Shown: positions 26,407-35,373, counted from the stretch's first letter. The stretch: DNA of 38,257 nucleotides from an uncultured Clostridia bacterium (GCA_946610655.1 CAMOCH010000002.1:1-38257); one strand, 5' to 3'. Numbers and translations: made by a program. The notes: a model not told the origin generated them from the sequence alone.

Positions 26407-27415
26407 CACTTTCCTCCAAAGCAAGGTTTTCTTTCATTTTATCAATCATCTTGGCATTTTCAAGGTCATAAACTTGTTTAACGCAACTATATATTGTTTC
26501 GGCATTACTTGAACCATGAGTTTTAACAACAAGTTTTTTAACCCCAAGAAAAGCAGCTCCACCAACTGTTGTATAGTTCATTCTTCTTTTAACATTTTTA
26601 AACGCTTTTTTGAGTAGCAGATATCCAAGTTTACCTTTAAGACCAAGTTTCAAAATTTCTTCTTTTAAAACCTTATTAAGTGTATCAATTCCACCTTCAT
26701 AAGATTTAAGCAGTGTGTTTCCAACAAAACCATCACAAACAAGCACATCATATTCTCCAGAAAGTGCATCACGAGCTTCCATATTTCCAACAAAGTTGAT
26801 GTTTTTCATATTTTTAAGAAGTTCAAATGCTTCATGTGTTAAAGCATTTCCTTTATGATCTTCTGTCCCAACACTAACAAGACCAACTCTTGGGTTAACA
26901 GTTCCATACATTGATTTCATATATTCACTGCCCATAATTGCAAATTGAGCAAGATATTCTGGTTTCGAATCAACGTTTGCACCAGCATCAATTAAAAGTG
27001 TTTTTCCATTTTTTAAATTTGGCAAAACTGGGGCAACAGCTGGACGAAATACACCTTTAATTCTACCAACTTTGAGAGTAGCTCCAGTAAGCACTGCACC
27101 AGTGCTTCCTGCACTTATCATTCCAACATATTCATCACTAGAATTTAAAGTATCAAAAGCCACAACCAAACTGCTGTTTTTCTTTTGTCTTATTGCTACT
27201 GTTGGTGATTCATTATTTGAAATAACTTCTTTTGCATCAATAATTTCAATTTTATCACCAGCGTAGCCATAATCGCTAAGCACTTGTTTTATTTTATCTT
27301 CATCACCAGTAATTGCAACTGTAACTCCTGGAAGCAAATTAACACTTGTTATTGCCCCTTTAACAATTTCTACTGGTGCGTTATCTCCACCAAAACCGTC
27401 CAAAATAATTTTCAT
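26390..27415 (-). CDS. plsX: Phosphate acyltransferase PlsX
   Basis: 341 aa, MKIILDGFGGDNAP..., colinear with PlsX. RBS GTGAGG. Confidence 0.92.
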   Translation of the reverse strand: MKIILDGFGGDNAPVEIVKGAITSVNLLPGVTVAITGDEDKIKQVLSDYGYAGDKIEIIDAKEVISNNESPTVAIRQKKNSSLVVAFDTLNSSDEYVGMISAGSTGAVLTGATLKVGRIKGVFRPAVAPVLPNLKNGKTLLIDAGANVDSKPEYLAQFAIMGSEYMKSMYGTVNPRVGLVSVGTEDHKGNALTHEAFELLKNMKNINFVGNMEARDALSGEYDVLVCDGFVGNTLLKSYEGGIDTLNKVLKEEILKLGLKGKLGYLLLKKAFKNVKRRMNYTTVGGAAFLGVKKLVVKTHGSSNAETIYSCVKQVYDLENAKMIDKMKENLALEESDDKQN

Positions 27416-27572
27416 AAAAAAACCTCACTAACATAAGTTATTATTAATTATATAATAAATTAATAATGTTTGACTAGTAAATTTAACTAAAAAAGCATAA
27501 ATAATTAATAAAAAAACGCCATATTTCCGTAAAACTCGCCACTTATGTGTGACATAATACCTTTTTTGAACA

Positions 27573-27600
27573 TAAAAAAACAACCACCGAAGTGGTTGCT
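27573..27600 (-). terminator. Terminator after rpmF
   Basis: CAACCAC-cgaa-GTGGTTG hairpin followed by T7 on the minus strand. Confidence 0.65.
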
Positions 27601-27614
27601 CTTTTTATCTTTAA

Positions 27615-27815
27615 TTAGTCTTTTTTAACTTTGTCAGCTTTAACTGTAACTTTTTTCTCGCCATTGTAGTATCCACAATTAGGGCAAACAGCATGTGTAG
27701 CCTTTTTTTCATGACATTGTGGGCACTCCATAAGTGTTGGAGCTGTTGCTTGACGATTTGCTGCTCTTCTGCTTCTTCCAGCAGCTTTGCTCACTTTATG
27801 TTTTGGAACTGCCAT
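27615..27815 (-). CDS. rpmF: 50S ribosomal protein L32 (zinc-ribbon C+ form)
   Basis: 66 aa, MAVPKHKVSKAAGRSRRA...CPQC...CPNCG. RBS AGGAGG. Confidence 0.93.
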   Translation of the reverse strand: MAVPKHKVSKAAGRSRRAANRQATAPTLMECPQCHEKKATHAVCPNCGYYNGEKKVTVKADKVKKD

Positions 27816-27864
27816 TATTTTTCCTCCTGTATTTTTACCCTAACGGATTTATTTTTGCAGAGCA

Positions 27865-27893
27865 ATTATATAACTAATAATCATATTTGTCAA
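27865..27893 (-). promoter_or_regulatory. Consensus sigma-A promoter for rpmF (TTGACA-17-TATAAT)
   Basis: Minus strand reads TTGACAaatatgattattagttaTATAAT. Both hexamers are perfect with a 17-nt spacer. Confidence 0.6.
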
Positions 27894-27922
27894 TTATTTT
27901 TTTAAAATTGATACTTTTTAAA

Positions 27923-29131
27923 TTAAAGTCCAAGAACTTCAATTGATTCTTTTGCAATTTGCAATTCTTCATTTGTTGGAATTACATAAACTTTAACATC
28001 ACTATCTTCTGTTGAAATTTCACCTTCAACACCACGTTTGCTATTTTTCTCTTCATCAATTTCAATACCAAATCCTGCAAGATAGTTAACAACTCTTTGA
28101 CGATACAAATAGTCATTTTCACCAACACCAGCAGTAAATGCAATGGCATCAAGTCCACCAAGTGGAACAACATAACTTGCAACAATTTTAGCATCAATAT
28201 ATGCCCTCATATCTTCTGCAAGTCTTGCATTGTTTACCTGCTCAGTTGTATATGCACCATTTGCATTTTTAGAAGCATTTTCAACATCTCTACCATCACT
28301 AAAACCAGTAAGACCATATAGTCCACTTTTTTTGTTAAGATAGTTTATTGCACCGTTTACATCAAAACCATGTTTTTCACAAAGAGTTGGAAGAATTGAA
28401 GCATCAACGCTTCCTGATCTTGTTCCCATCATACATCCATCAAGAGGTGTATAGCCCATGCTTGTATCTTGACAAACACCACCACTTACTGCAGAAAGTG
28501 ATGCACCATTACCAATATGAAGAACAACAAATTTACCTTTTCTGCCGAAGTATTCTGCCATTTTTTGGCTAACATACTTGTGGCTAGTTCCGTGAAAACC
28601 ATATTTTCTAATATGATATTCTGTGTAGTCTTCGTTTGGAATAGCATAACGGAAAGCTTTTGGTTTCATTGTGCTATGGAATGCTGTGTCGAACACTGCA
28701 ACTTGAGGAACATTTGGCATAAGTTTTTTGCATGCATAAATTCCTTGCAAGTTTGCAGGTTGATGAAGTGGTCCAAGTGGAATCAATTCTTCAATTTGAG
28801 AAATAACTTTATCATCAATTTTAACAGCTTTTGTAAATGTTTCTCCACCATGAAGAACTCTGTGACCTACTGCTGAAATTTCATCAAGGCTTTTAACGCA
28901 ACCAATTTCTTTATCAACAATTGATTTAAGCACAAATTCAAGTGCTGCAGTGTGGTCTTTCATTTCAATGTTTGTTACAACTTTTTTGCCGTTATATTTG
29001 TGAGTGATAACACCACCATCAATTCCTATTCTTTCACACAAACCTTTAACAAGTGCTTCTTCAGTTTTCATATCAATCACTTGATATTTAAGAGAGCTAC
29101 TTCCTGCGTTTAATACTAATACTTTTGACAT
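27923..29131 (-). CDS. ackA: Acetate kinase
   Basis: 402 aa, MSKVLVLNAGSSSLKYQV..., colinear with AckA. RBS AAGGAG. Confidence 0.95.
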   Translation of the reverse strand: MSKVLVLNAGSSSLKYQVIDMKTEEALVKGLCERIGIDGGVITHKYNGKKVVTNIEMKDHTAALEFVLKSIVDKEIGCVKSLDEISAVGHRVLHGGETFTKAVKIDDKVISQIEELIPLGPLHQPANLQGIYACKKLMPNVPQVAVFDTAFHSTMKPKAFRYAIPNEDYTEYHIRKYGFHGTSHKYVSQKMAEYFGRKGKFVVLHIGNGASLSAVSGGVCQDTSMGYTPLDGCMMGTRSGSVDASILPTLCEKHGFDVNGAINYLNKKSGLYGLTGFSDGRDVENASKNANGAYTTEQVNNARLAEDMRAYIDAKIVASYVVPLGGLDAIAFTAGVGENDYLYRQRVVNYLAGFGIEIDEEKNSKRGVEGEISTEDSDVKVYVIPTNEELQIAKESIEVLGL

Positions 29132-29142
29132 AATAAATCTCC

Positions 29143-30153
29143 TTACCTTCTACTTTGCAATATTGTTATTGCCATATTTAATACTATTTCTTCGGCTGTT
29201 GTGCCACGAGACAAATCATTAACCGGTTTATTTAAGCCTTGCATAATTGGACCAACAGCTCTAACTCCTGCAATTCTTTGCACAAGTTTATATCCAATGT
29301 TTCCTGCATACAAATCTGGGAAAATAAGAACATTTGCTTTTCCACCAACAATGCTTCCTGGGCATTTGTGTTCACTAACAAATGGGCTAAGTGCTGCATC
29401 GGCTTGCATTTCTCCATCAATTTGCAATACTGGATTTTTTCTGCGAGCAATTTTATATGCTCTTTTTATTGTTTGAATTCTCTCGTTATCAAAATTTTCA
29501 TCTGCTCTTGTTGTCCAAGATAATAATGCAACATTTGGATGAATTTTGCATATTTTTTCTGCTGTTTCAGCAGAAAGCACTGCTATTTCGGCAAGTTCTT
29601 CATCATTTGGCATAATGTTAACTGCACAATCACCAAAAACCATCATTCCATTTTCACCAAGATTAGAGTCTTCTCTCATTTCCATAATGAATACAGAAGA
29701 AACCCTAGAAACTCCTGGTTTTGTTCCAACAATCTGGAATGCACTTCTTAAAACAACTGCTGTTTCGTGAGTTGCCCCAGCAACAACGCCGTCTGCATCA
29801 CCACTACTTATCATCATCATGGCATAAGTTATGTTGTCTTTAACGGCCTCTTTAGCTTTATCCAAAGTCATACCTTTATTTTTTCTTAATTCAAAAAGTT
29901 TTTGTGCATAAAGTTCGCTATAATTTGTTCCAAATTTTGGATTAATAATTTTAATGTTTTTAAGTTCTTTTTTTGTAAAGTTTTTTTCTATTGATTCATC
30001 ACCCAAAAGAATAACTGTGCACAAATCACTTGTTGAAGCAATTTTTGCAGCCTCAATAATACGACTGTCGTCAGCTTCTGGCAGAACAATTTTTCCACCA
30101 TACATTCTTGCTTCATCAATTATTTTTGTAAAAACATCTTGTTTTTTCTTCAT
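29143..30153 (-). CDS. pta: Phosphate acetyltransferase
   Basis: ORF trimmed to the ATG at 30153 (MKKKQDVFTKIIDEA...IVLPEADDSRIIEAA). About 336 aa, PTA_PTB-only type. Directly upstream of ackA. Confidence 0.9.
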   Translation of the reverse strand: MKKKQDVFTKIIDEARMYGGKIVLPEADDSRIIEAAKIASTSDLCTVILLGDESIEKNFTKKELKNIKIINPKFGTNYSELYAQKLFELRKNKGMTLDKAKEAVKDNITYAMMMISSGDADGVVAGATHETAVVLRSAFQIVGTKPGVSRVSSVFIMEMREDSNLGENGMMVFGDCAVNIMPNDEELAEIAVLSAETAEKICKIHPNVALLSWTTRADENFDNERIQTIKRAYKIARRKNPVLQIDGEMQADAALSPFVSEHKCPGSIVGGKANVLIFPDLYAGNIGYKLVQRIAGVRAVGPIMQGLNKPVNDLSRGTTAEEIVLNMAITILQSRR

Positions 30154-30173
30154 AACAATTTTCTCACATTTTA

Positions 30174-30202
30174 TTGCACAAATTTTACCTGTATTGTATA
30201 AT
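30174..30202 (+). promoter_or_regulatory. Candidate sigma-A promoter for tmcAL (TTGCAC-17-TATAAT)
   Basis: Plus strand reads TTGCACaaattttacctgtattgTATAAT. Confidence 0.5.
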
Positions 30203-30219
30203 AGCAATATGCATGGTTA

Positions 30220-30248
30220 ATTATACAACATGCAAATTTAAAAATCAA
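30220..30248 (-). promoter_or_regulatory. Candidate sigma-A promoter for pta-ackA (TTGATT-17-TATAAT)
   Basis: Minus strand reads TTGATTtttaaatttgcatgttgTATAAT. It sits back-to-back with the tmcAL promoter. Confidence 0.5.
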
Positions 30249-30265
30249 CAAATTATGGTGGAATT

Positions 30266-31432
30266 ATGAATTATTGTGCAATTATTGCCGAATTTAATCC
30301 ATTTCATAATGGGCATGAATACCTTATAAAAAAAGCAAAAGAACTTGACATGCCTGTTATGTGTTTAATGAGTGGAAATTTTGTTCAACGTGGTGAACCT
30401 GCCATATTAGACAAATACTCTCGTGCAGTTTGTGCTATTAATGCTGGAGCAGACATGGTTTGTGAACTTCCTTGTTTTTATGCAATATCTAGTGCACATA
30501 ATTTTGCATTTGGAGCAATTAAAACTCTTAAAAATTTAAATTGCTCAACTCTTGTTATTGGTGCAAAATACACAAACTTAGACGACTACTTTGCCCTTGC
30601 AAACATTAAATCTGCATCAATCAAAAAAGCACTTCACTCTGAGCTTGAACGTGGCATAAATTATAGTTCTGCTCTAATTAATGTTTTAAAAACAAAATAC
30701 ACCGGCAATTCAGAAATTTTTAATGACGCCAGCAATATTCTTGCCCTTGAATATATAACTCAAATTATTGAACAAAAAGCAAATATTAATGTTGTTTTGG
30801 TTGAAAGACTTGATGGTGGATACTCTTCTTCTCATTCAGTTGATAATTTTGCCAACGCAACACTAATTAGAAAAAATATTGAAAACAATAATATGAACAA
30901 AATAAAAACTTTTGTGCCACAATATTCTTATGATTTGTTAAAAATTCAAATCAACAAAAAATCAATCAGTGATATTCTCTTTTATAATTTGCGCAACATG
31001 TCAAGCAAACAACTTAAAAATTTATACGACTACTCCGAAGGCTTGCCATATCTTGTTGAAACACAATCAAAAGTTGCAACAAATTATGATGAGTTTATTT
31101 CTCTTTGCACAAGCAAAAGATACAAAATTTCACGCATAAAAAAACTTACTCTTTATGCAAGCCTTAATATCACCAAATCATTAGCCAAAAAAATTATTAA
31201 AAATAATAATCCCGTTAAACTCCTTGCAATCAAAAAATCAATAAAAAATATGTTACCAGAATTTAATAAAAATGGCATCAATATGATTGTTTCAAGCAAC
31301 GATTTAAAAAGCCTATCGCAAGATAAATTATATTCGGTTAATTTAGATTTACTTGCAAGCAATTTATATTCAATTGCGGCAAATAAAAACTATAATAACG
31401 ACATAACCACCGGAACAATTTTTGTAGAATAA
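30266..31432 (+). CDS. tmcAL: tRNA(Met) cytidine acetate ligase TmcAL (YlbM/UPF0348 family)
   Basis: 388 aa. The N-terminal IAEFNPFHNGHEYL (HxGH nucleotidyltransferase motif) and overall length match YlbM/TmcAL. Confidence 0.8.
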   Translation: MNYCAIIAEFNPFHNGHEYLIKKAKELDMPVMCLMSGNFVQRGEPAILDKYSRAVCAINAGADMVCELPCFYAISSAHNFAFGAIKTLKNLNCSTLVIGAKYTNLDDYFALANIKSASIKKALHSELERGINYSSALINVLKTKYTGNSEIFNDASNILALEYITQIIEQKANINVVLVERLDGGYSSSHSVDNFANATLIRKNIENNNMNKIKTFVPQYSYDLLKIQINKKSISDILFYNLRNMSSKQLKNLYDYSEGLPYLVETQSKVATNYDEFISLCTSKRYKISRIKKLTLYASLNITKSLAKKIIKNNNPVKLLAIKKSIKNMLPEFNKNGINMIVSSNDLKSLSQDKLYSVNLDLLASNLYSIAANKNYNNDITTGTIFVE

Positions 31433-31459
31433 AAAACACCTAAAATTTAGGTGTTTTTA
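31431..31459. terminator. Bidirectional terminator between tmcAL (+) and the membrane-protein gene (-)
   Basis: ACACCTAA-aat-TTAGGTGT hairpin flanked by A5 and T5. It overlaps the stop codon of the minus-strand gene. Confidence 0.65.
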
Positions 31460-32232
31460 TATTGTTTTTTCTTTTCTTCAGCAATTTTTTGTTTTTTCTT
31501 TTCATTTTCTTGTCTTTCTAGTTCTTGAGAAATTGATGTGTAATGTTTCTTTTCATAAAACATTTGATACACTTCAACAATCAAATACATTAAATACATT
31601 AAAAGCGCAGATTTTGAACCAGAATAAACTTGAGATGATGTTGCAAAAAGTGCCCACATAACTATTGAACAAATAAGTGCAACAATTCTAATTTTATAAT
31701 ATACACCAATTCTGTATGTTCTAGCAAACGCACTAAACGCTAAAAGTGTTGCAGTAAGTGCATCAAAAATACATATAAGAACTGCTCCGTTGTTGCTTGA
31801 TAAGAAATATAAGCTAACAAAGAACAAAATATAATAGAACAAAATCATGATTGATTGTTTATCAGAGAATTTACTATTTTTTACAACAAATGTGTCACCT
31901 TTTATATTTGTTGCAGCAAATTGCATAGGAACATAATATGCTAAATATAAAAACGCGTTTGCATTTAGCCCCAAAGGGAAACATATTGCAGCATATAAAA
32001 CCCCAACAATAACACTCATCACCAAGCCAAACCAACTGTTAAGTGGAAGAATCATATTCCATATAATACCTGCAACAAGGAGTAAAACCCCTATTGCTGT
32101 TTCTTGATGAGATAGCACAAAAAATAAAGCAATTGCCAAAAATAAACTAGACACAAAAATTCTAACAAGCATTAATTCATCAGATTTGGTATATGGCAAT
32201 TGATCGTCCACATCGTCTTTAGAAAATATCAT
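31447..32232 (-). CDS. Polytopic membrane protein, possibly PnuC-like (nicotinamide riboside transporter family), with a Lys/Glu-rich C-terminal tail
   Basis: 261 aa with about 7 hydrophobic segments. The topology, and a central segment FDALTATLLAFSAFARTYRIGVYYKIRIV, weakly resemble PnuC. The tail reads ERQENEKKKQKIAEEKKKQYKNT. The family call is tentative. Confidence 0.4.
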   Translation of the reverse strand: MIFSKDDVDDQLPYTKSDELMLVRIFVSSLFLAIALFFVLSHQETAIGVLLLVAGIIWNMILPLNSWFGLVMSVIVGVLYAAICFPLGLNANAFLYLAYYVPMQFAATNIKGDTFVVKNSKFSDKQSIMILFYYILFFVSLYFLSSNNGAVLICIFDALTATLLAFSAFARTYRIGVYYKIRIVALICSIVMWALFATSSQVYSGSKSALLMYLMYLIVEVYQMFYEKKHYTSISQELERQENEKKKQKIAEEKKKQYKNT

Positions 32233-32283
32233 AACTTTTACCTTTTTTGTTTTAACTATAAAAATTATAACATAAGTTATTAT

Positions 32284-33306
32284 ATGACGACAAACAAATT
32301 GCTCATAAAAAATAAATTTTTAAGCAAAGAAACAATCGAGTGTGCAGCACTTTCTGTTTGTGTTTTTGTCATTATCTTTATTATTTTAAGCGACCCAAGA
32401 ACTTATAACAGCAGCGTTCAGCAAGGCTTGATGTTATTTGCAATAAGTGTTTTACCTGGACTTTTTCCATTTATGTTTTTAACAAAACTTTTAACTGGTC
32501 TTGGAACAGTCCAAAAAATAACAAACAAATTTTCAAAAACAACATATTTTTTGTTTGGAACACCCGGAATTTCTGGCTATGTTATGTTTATGAGTATGCT
32601 CAGTGGATACCCAATTGGGGCAAAACTTATAAGTGATTTATACTATCAAAACCAAATATCTCAGCAAGATGCAAAAAAAATGGTTTCATTTTGCACAACA
32701 AGCGGCCCGATTTTTATTATTGGCACAGTTGGAAGCATTATGTATAACTCTATTCAAATTGGAATAATACTCTATTTTTGTCATATTTTATCGAGTGTTA
32801 TGTGTGGCATAATATTTTCTGGCAAAAGAAAAAAGCAAGGTTTTGTTACCACTCCATTAAGCACACCTACAAAAATTGATAATCTTCTTTCTTCAACAAT
32901 GAAAGATACTGTTTCAAATGTTTTGCTTGTTGGTGGATACATAACAATTTTCTTTTTATTTTCTGACATCTTGACCAAAACTGGAATAATTAAAACACTT
33001 TCATTTCCACTAAGTAAATTGTTTGATTTAATGCACTTACCAAATTTATCCGAAGCATTTTTTAATGGTATTATTGAAGTTACCAAAGGAATAAAATTTT
33101 TAAGCGCACAAAAAAGTATCTTTTCTGTTTGCTTAACTTCATTTTTATTATCTTTTAGTGGAATTTCCATTATATTGCAATCAATGGCATTTTTAAAAAA
33201 ATGCAAAATAAAAGCACGCTATTTTATTTTTGTAAAATGCGTGCATGCAATACTATCTTGTTTATTAACTGGTGTTTGCCTATTGTCTTTTAAGGTTGTT
33301 CTTTAA
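32284..33306 (+). CDS. ylbJ: Sporulation integral membrane protein YlbJ-like (nucleoside-recognition Gate domains)
   Basis: ORF 32200..33306 trimmed to the ATG at 32284 (MTTNKLL...). VLPGLFPFMFLTKLL and GISGYVMFMSMLSGYPIGAKL resemble YlbJ. It lies in the ylb-type neighbourhood (rsmD, tmcAL, rpmF). No obvious Shine-Dalgarno. Confidence 0.7.
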   Translation: MTTNKLLIKNKFLSKETIECAALSVCVFVIIFIILSDPRTYNSSVQQGLMLFAISVLPGLFPFMFLTKLLTGLGTVQKITNKFSKTTYFLFGTPGISGYVMFMSMLSGYPIGAKLISDLYYQNQISQQDAKKMVSFCTTSGPIFIIGTVGSIMYNSIQIGIILYFCHILSSVMCGIIFSGKRKKQGFVTTPLSTPTKIDNLLSSTMKDTVSNVLLVGGYITIFFLFSDILTKTGIIKTLSFPLSKLFDLMHLPNLSEAFFNGIIEVTKGIKFLSAQKSIFSVCLTSFLLSFSGISIILQSMAFLKKCKIKARYFIFVKCVHAILSCLLTGVCLLSFKVVL

Positions 33307-33750
33307 TTGAACAAGTGTGCTTGAAAGCTCATCACGGCTGTCATGAACAATGTTAAGGTGTTCAGACAAATAATCTTCAACAGCTTTCAAAATTTTATCA
33401 ACATTATTTTTTGTTGTATCAAGAAGTTGCTCACATCTTCTTATAGTTTGTTCTTGAAGCTCTTTTGCTTGTTTTTCAGCATTTCTTGTTATTGAGCTTT
33501 CTTCAATCATGATTTTGGCTTTTTCGTTTGCATCTTCAAGAAGTGCTTGGGCATCTTTTTGTGCAGTATCAAGAATTTTTTCTTTGTGCGACAAAACATA
33601 TGATGCTTCTTCAATTGCCTTTGGAAGATCGTTCTTTAAATCTTCAACAAGTTCGGCAAGTTTACCAACATCAATCTTTTTATGGAAGAGCCCTGGCTTT
33701 GCTTCGCCAATTTCTTGCTCAAGTTGTTCAATAATATCGTAAATGTTCAT
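33280..33750 (-). CDS. Coiled-coil protein of unknown function (156 aa; ATPase b/E-subunit-like low-complexity helix)
   Basis: The start ATG is 2 nt after the rsmD stop. The sequence is rich in E, K, A and Q heptad-like repeats (AQKDAQALLEDANEKAKIMIEES...AEKQAKELQEQ). The 3' end overlaps the convergent ylbJ by 27 nt. Confidence 0.6.
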   Translation of the reverse strand: MNIYDIIEQLEQEIGEAKPGLFHKKIDVGKLAELVEDLKNDLPKAIEEASYVLSHKEKILDTAQKDAQALLEDANEKAKIMIEESSITRNAEKQAKELQEQTIRRCEQLLDTTKNNVDKILKAVEDYLSEHLNIVHDSRDELSSTLVQLKNNLKRQ

Positions 33751-33752
33751 AT

Positions 33753-34304
33753 CTACCCTTTAACATATTCAAATATGGTTAACATTATTGTTCCATAATT
33801 TTTATTCTTCTTTATTATATACTTTTGTGGATAATTTTGCAACAATTTTTGACTACTAGTTTCACATAATATTATTGCATGGTCGTTAAGCAAGTCTTTT
33901 TTATGCAAAAAATACAAAACTTTTTCAATATAATCACTTTCAAAAGGTGGATCTAAAAGCACCAAATCAAACTTTTTATTTTGTCTTGCAAGTTTAAAAA
34001 TTGTTTCTTCATAGTCTCCCAAAATAATGGTTGTTCCTTCAAACTCATTTTTGAGGTTTTGCCCAATGGTTTTAATACTTTCTTTTTGATTATCAACAAA
34101 TGTTACATGCTTAGCACCACGGCTTAAGCACTCAATTCCAAGAGCACCACTTCCTGCAAACAAATCTAGAACTTCTTTGTCATAAATGTATTCACTTAAA
34201 AGATCAAACATACTCTCTTTAACTCTTCCAAGAGTTGGTCTTGTTTGGTCTGTTGGAACACTTCTTAATTTTCTTCCTCTAAATTTCCCTGTTATAACTT
34301 GCAT
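33753..34304 (-). CDS. rsmD: 16S rRNA (guanine966-N2)-methyltransferase RsmD
   Basis: 183 aa with RPTLGRVKESMF, DLFAGSGALGIE (SAM-binding) and LDPPF motifs. Confidence 0.88.
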   Translation of the reverse strand: MQVITGKFRGRKLRSVPTDQTRPTLGRVKESMFDLLSEYIYDKEVLDLFAGSGALGIECLSRGAKHVTFVDNQKESIKTIGQNLKNEFEGTTIILGDYEETIFKLARQNKKFDLVLLDPPFESDYIEKVLYFLHKKDLLNDHAIILCETSSQKLLQNYPQKYIIKKNKNYGTIMLTIFEYVKG

Positions 34305-34307
34305 AAT

Positions 34308-35327
34308 TTATCTCTCATATATTCTTGTAACTCTAGACGTAAGTCTGGTTAATATTTCATAACTTATTGTATCACAATGTTTAGCCAAATTGCAAATGCT
34401 TAATTCTTTTTTATTAAAGGTGCAAATTATCACTTCATCATTATTGTGAACATTTGCATGACTTACATCCACCAAAATGGCATCCATACACACTGCCACA
34501 ATTTTGCAAAGCTTACCATTTATAAGCACATTATATCCAACCATATTGCGAGTTATACCATCACCATATCCAACTTTAACAGCAGCAATTTTTGTTTTAC
34601 GTTTTGCGACAAATTTTGCTCCGTATCCGGCACTATCACCTTTTGATAATGATTGAATCTTGGAGACTTTTGAAATAAGTTTTAAACACTTATAATCATC
34701 TCTTTCATATAATCCAATACCAACTCTAACCATATCATAATGATAAAAAATCCCAGAGGTGTTAGAAATATGACAAATGGCATTTGGAAAAAACCTTTTT
34801 AATAACCTGCAACAATTGTTGAACAATTTTGACTGACCATCATGACTTATCTCATCTTCTCCCCAAAAATGACTAAAAACTCCTTTTACAAAAATATTCT
34901 TCGAAAATTTTATTATTTTACACATATTTATCAAGTCTTTTTTACAAACACCAAATCTGTTCATTCCTGTGTTAACTGCAATATGAACATAAAAATCTTT
35001 GTTGATTTTTGTAAGTTTTTTAATCGTAGCAATATCATCAACAGCAAATTCAATTTGAGAAGAATTTATTTGCATAATTTCATCTATGCTTGGTGGGGAC
35101 AAAACTATTATTTGTTTTTTAGTTAATGAGCTTAGTTGATTTGCTTCACTAACGCACGAAACAGCATAATAGTTAACGCAGTCATCAATATATTTAACCA
35201 AATCAATACCAACACCATAAGCGTTGGCTTTCACAACTGCGCAAAATTTAGCATCACCAATTTTTTCTTTAATTTTTAAAATATTTTCTCTTATTATTTG
35301 TGTGTTAACTTTCAAAATAAGCGCCAT
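34308..35327 (-). CDS. alr: Alanine racemase
   Basis: Trimmed to the ATG at 35327, after GAGGAA. PLP-lysine motif AVVKANAYGVG, plus VGYGDG and VCMD. About 339 aa, at the short end for the family. Confidence 0.82.
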   Translation of the reverse strand: MALILKVNTQIIRENILKIKEKIGDAKFCAVVKANAYGVGIDLVKYIDDCVNYYAVSCVSEANQLSSLTKKQIIVLSPPSIDEIMQINSSQIEFAVDDIATIKKLTKINKDFYVHIAVNTGMNRFGVCKKDLINMCKIIKFSKNIFVKGVFSHFWGEDEISHDGQSKLFNNCCRLLKRFFPNAICHISNTSGIFYHYDMVRVGIGLYERDDYKCLKLISKVSKIQSLSKGDSAGYGAKFVAKRKTKIAAVKVGYGDGITRNMVGYNVLINGKLCKIVAVCMDAILVDVSHANVHNNDEVIICTFNKKELSICNLAKHCDTISYEILTRLTSRVTRIYER

Positions 35328-35373
35328 ACAATTCCTCAATAAATTGTATGAAACACTTATTATTTTCGTTCAC

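Noticed and set aside
27505-27573. 22-codon ORF (MFKKGIMSHISGEFYGNMAFFY) in the rpmF-plsX spacer, minus strand
   Set aside because: Its ATG sits inside the T-run of the rpmF terminator with no Shine-Dalgarno, and I recognise no similarity to anything. Unlike the SpoVM-like ORF, it has no supporting synteny.
32781-33206. 141-aa ORF antisense to ylbJ
   Set aside because: It lies opposite a membrane-protein gene with a coherent hydrophobicity pattern. There is no RBS or promoter, so it is likely spurious.
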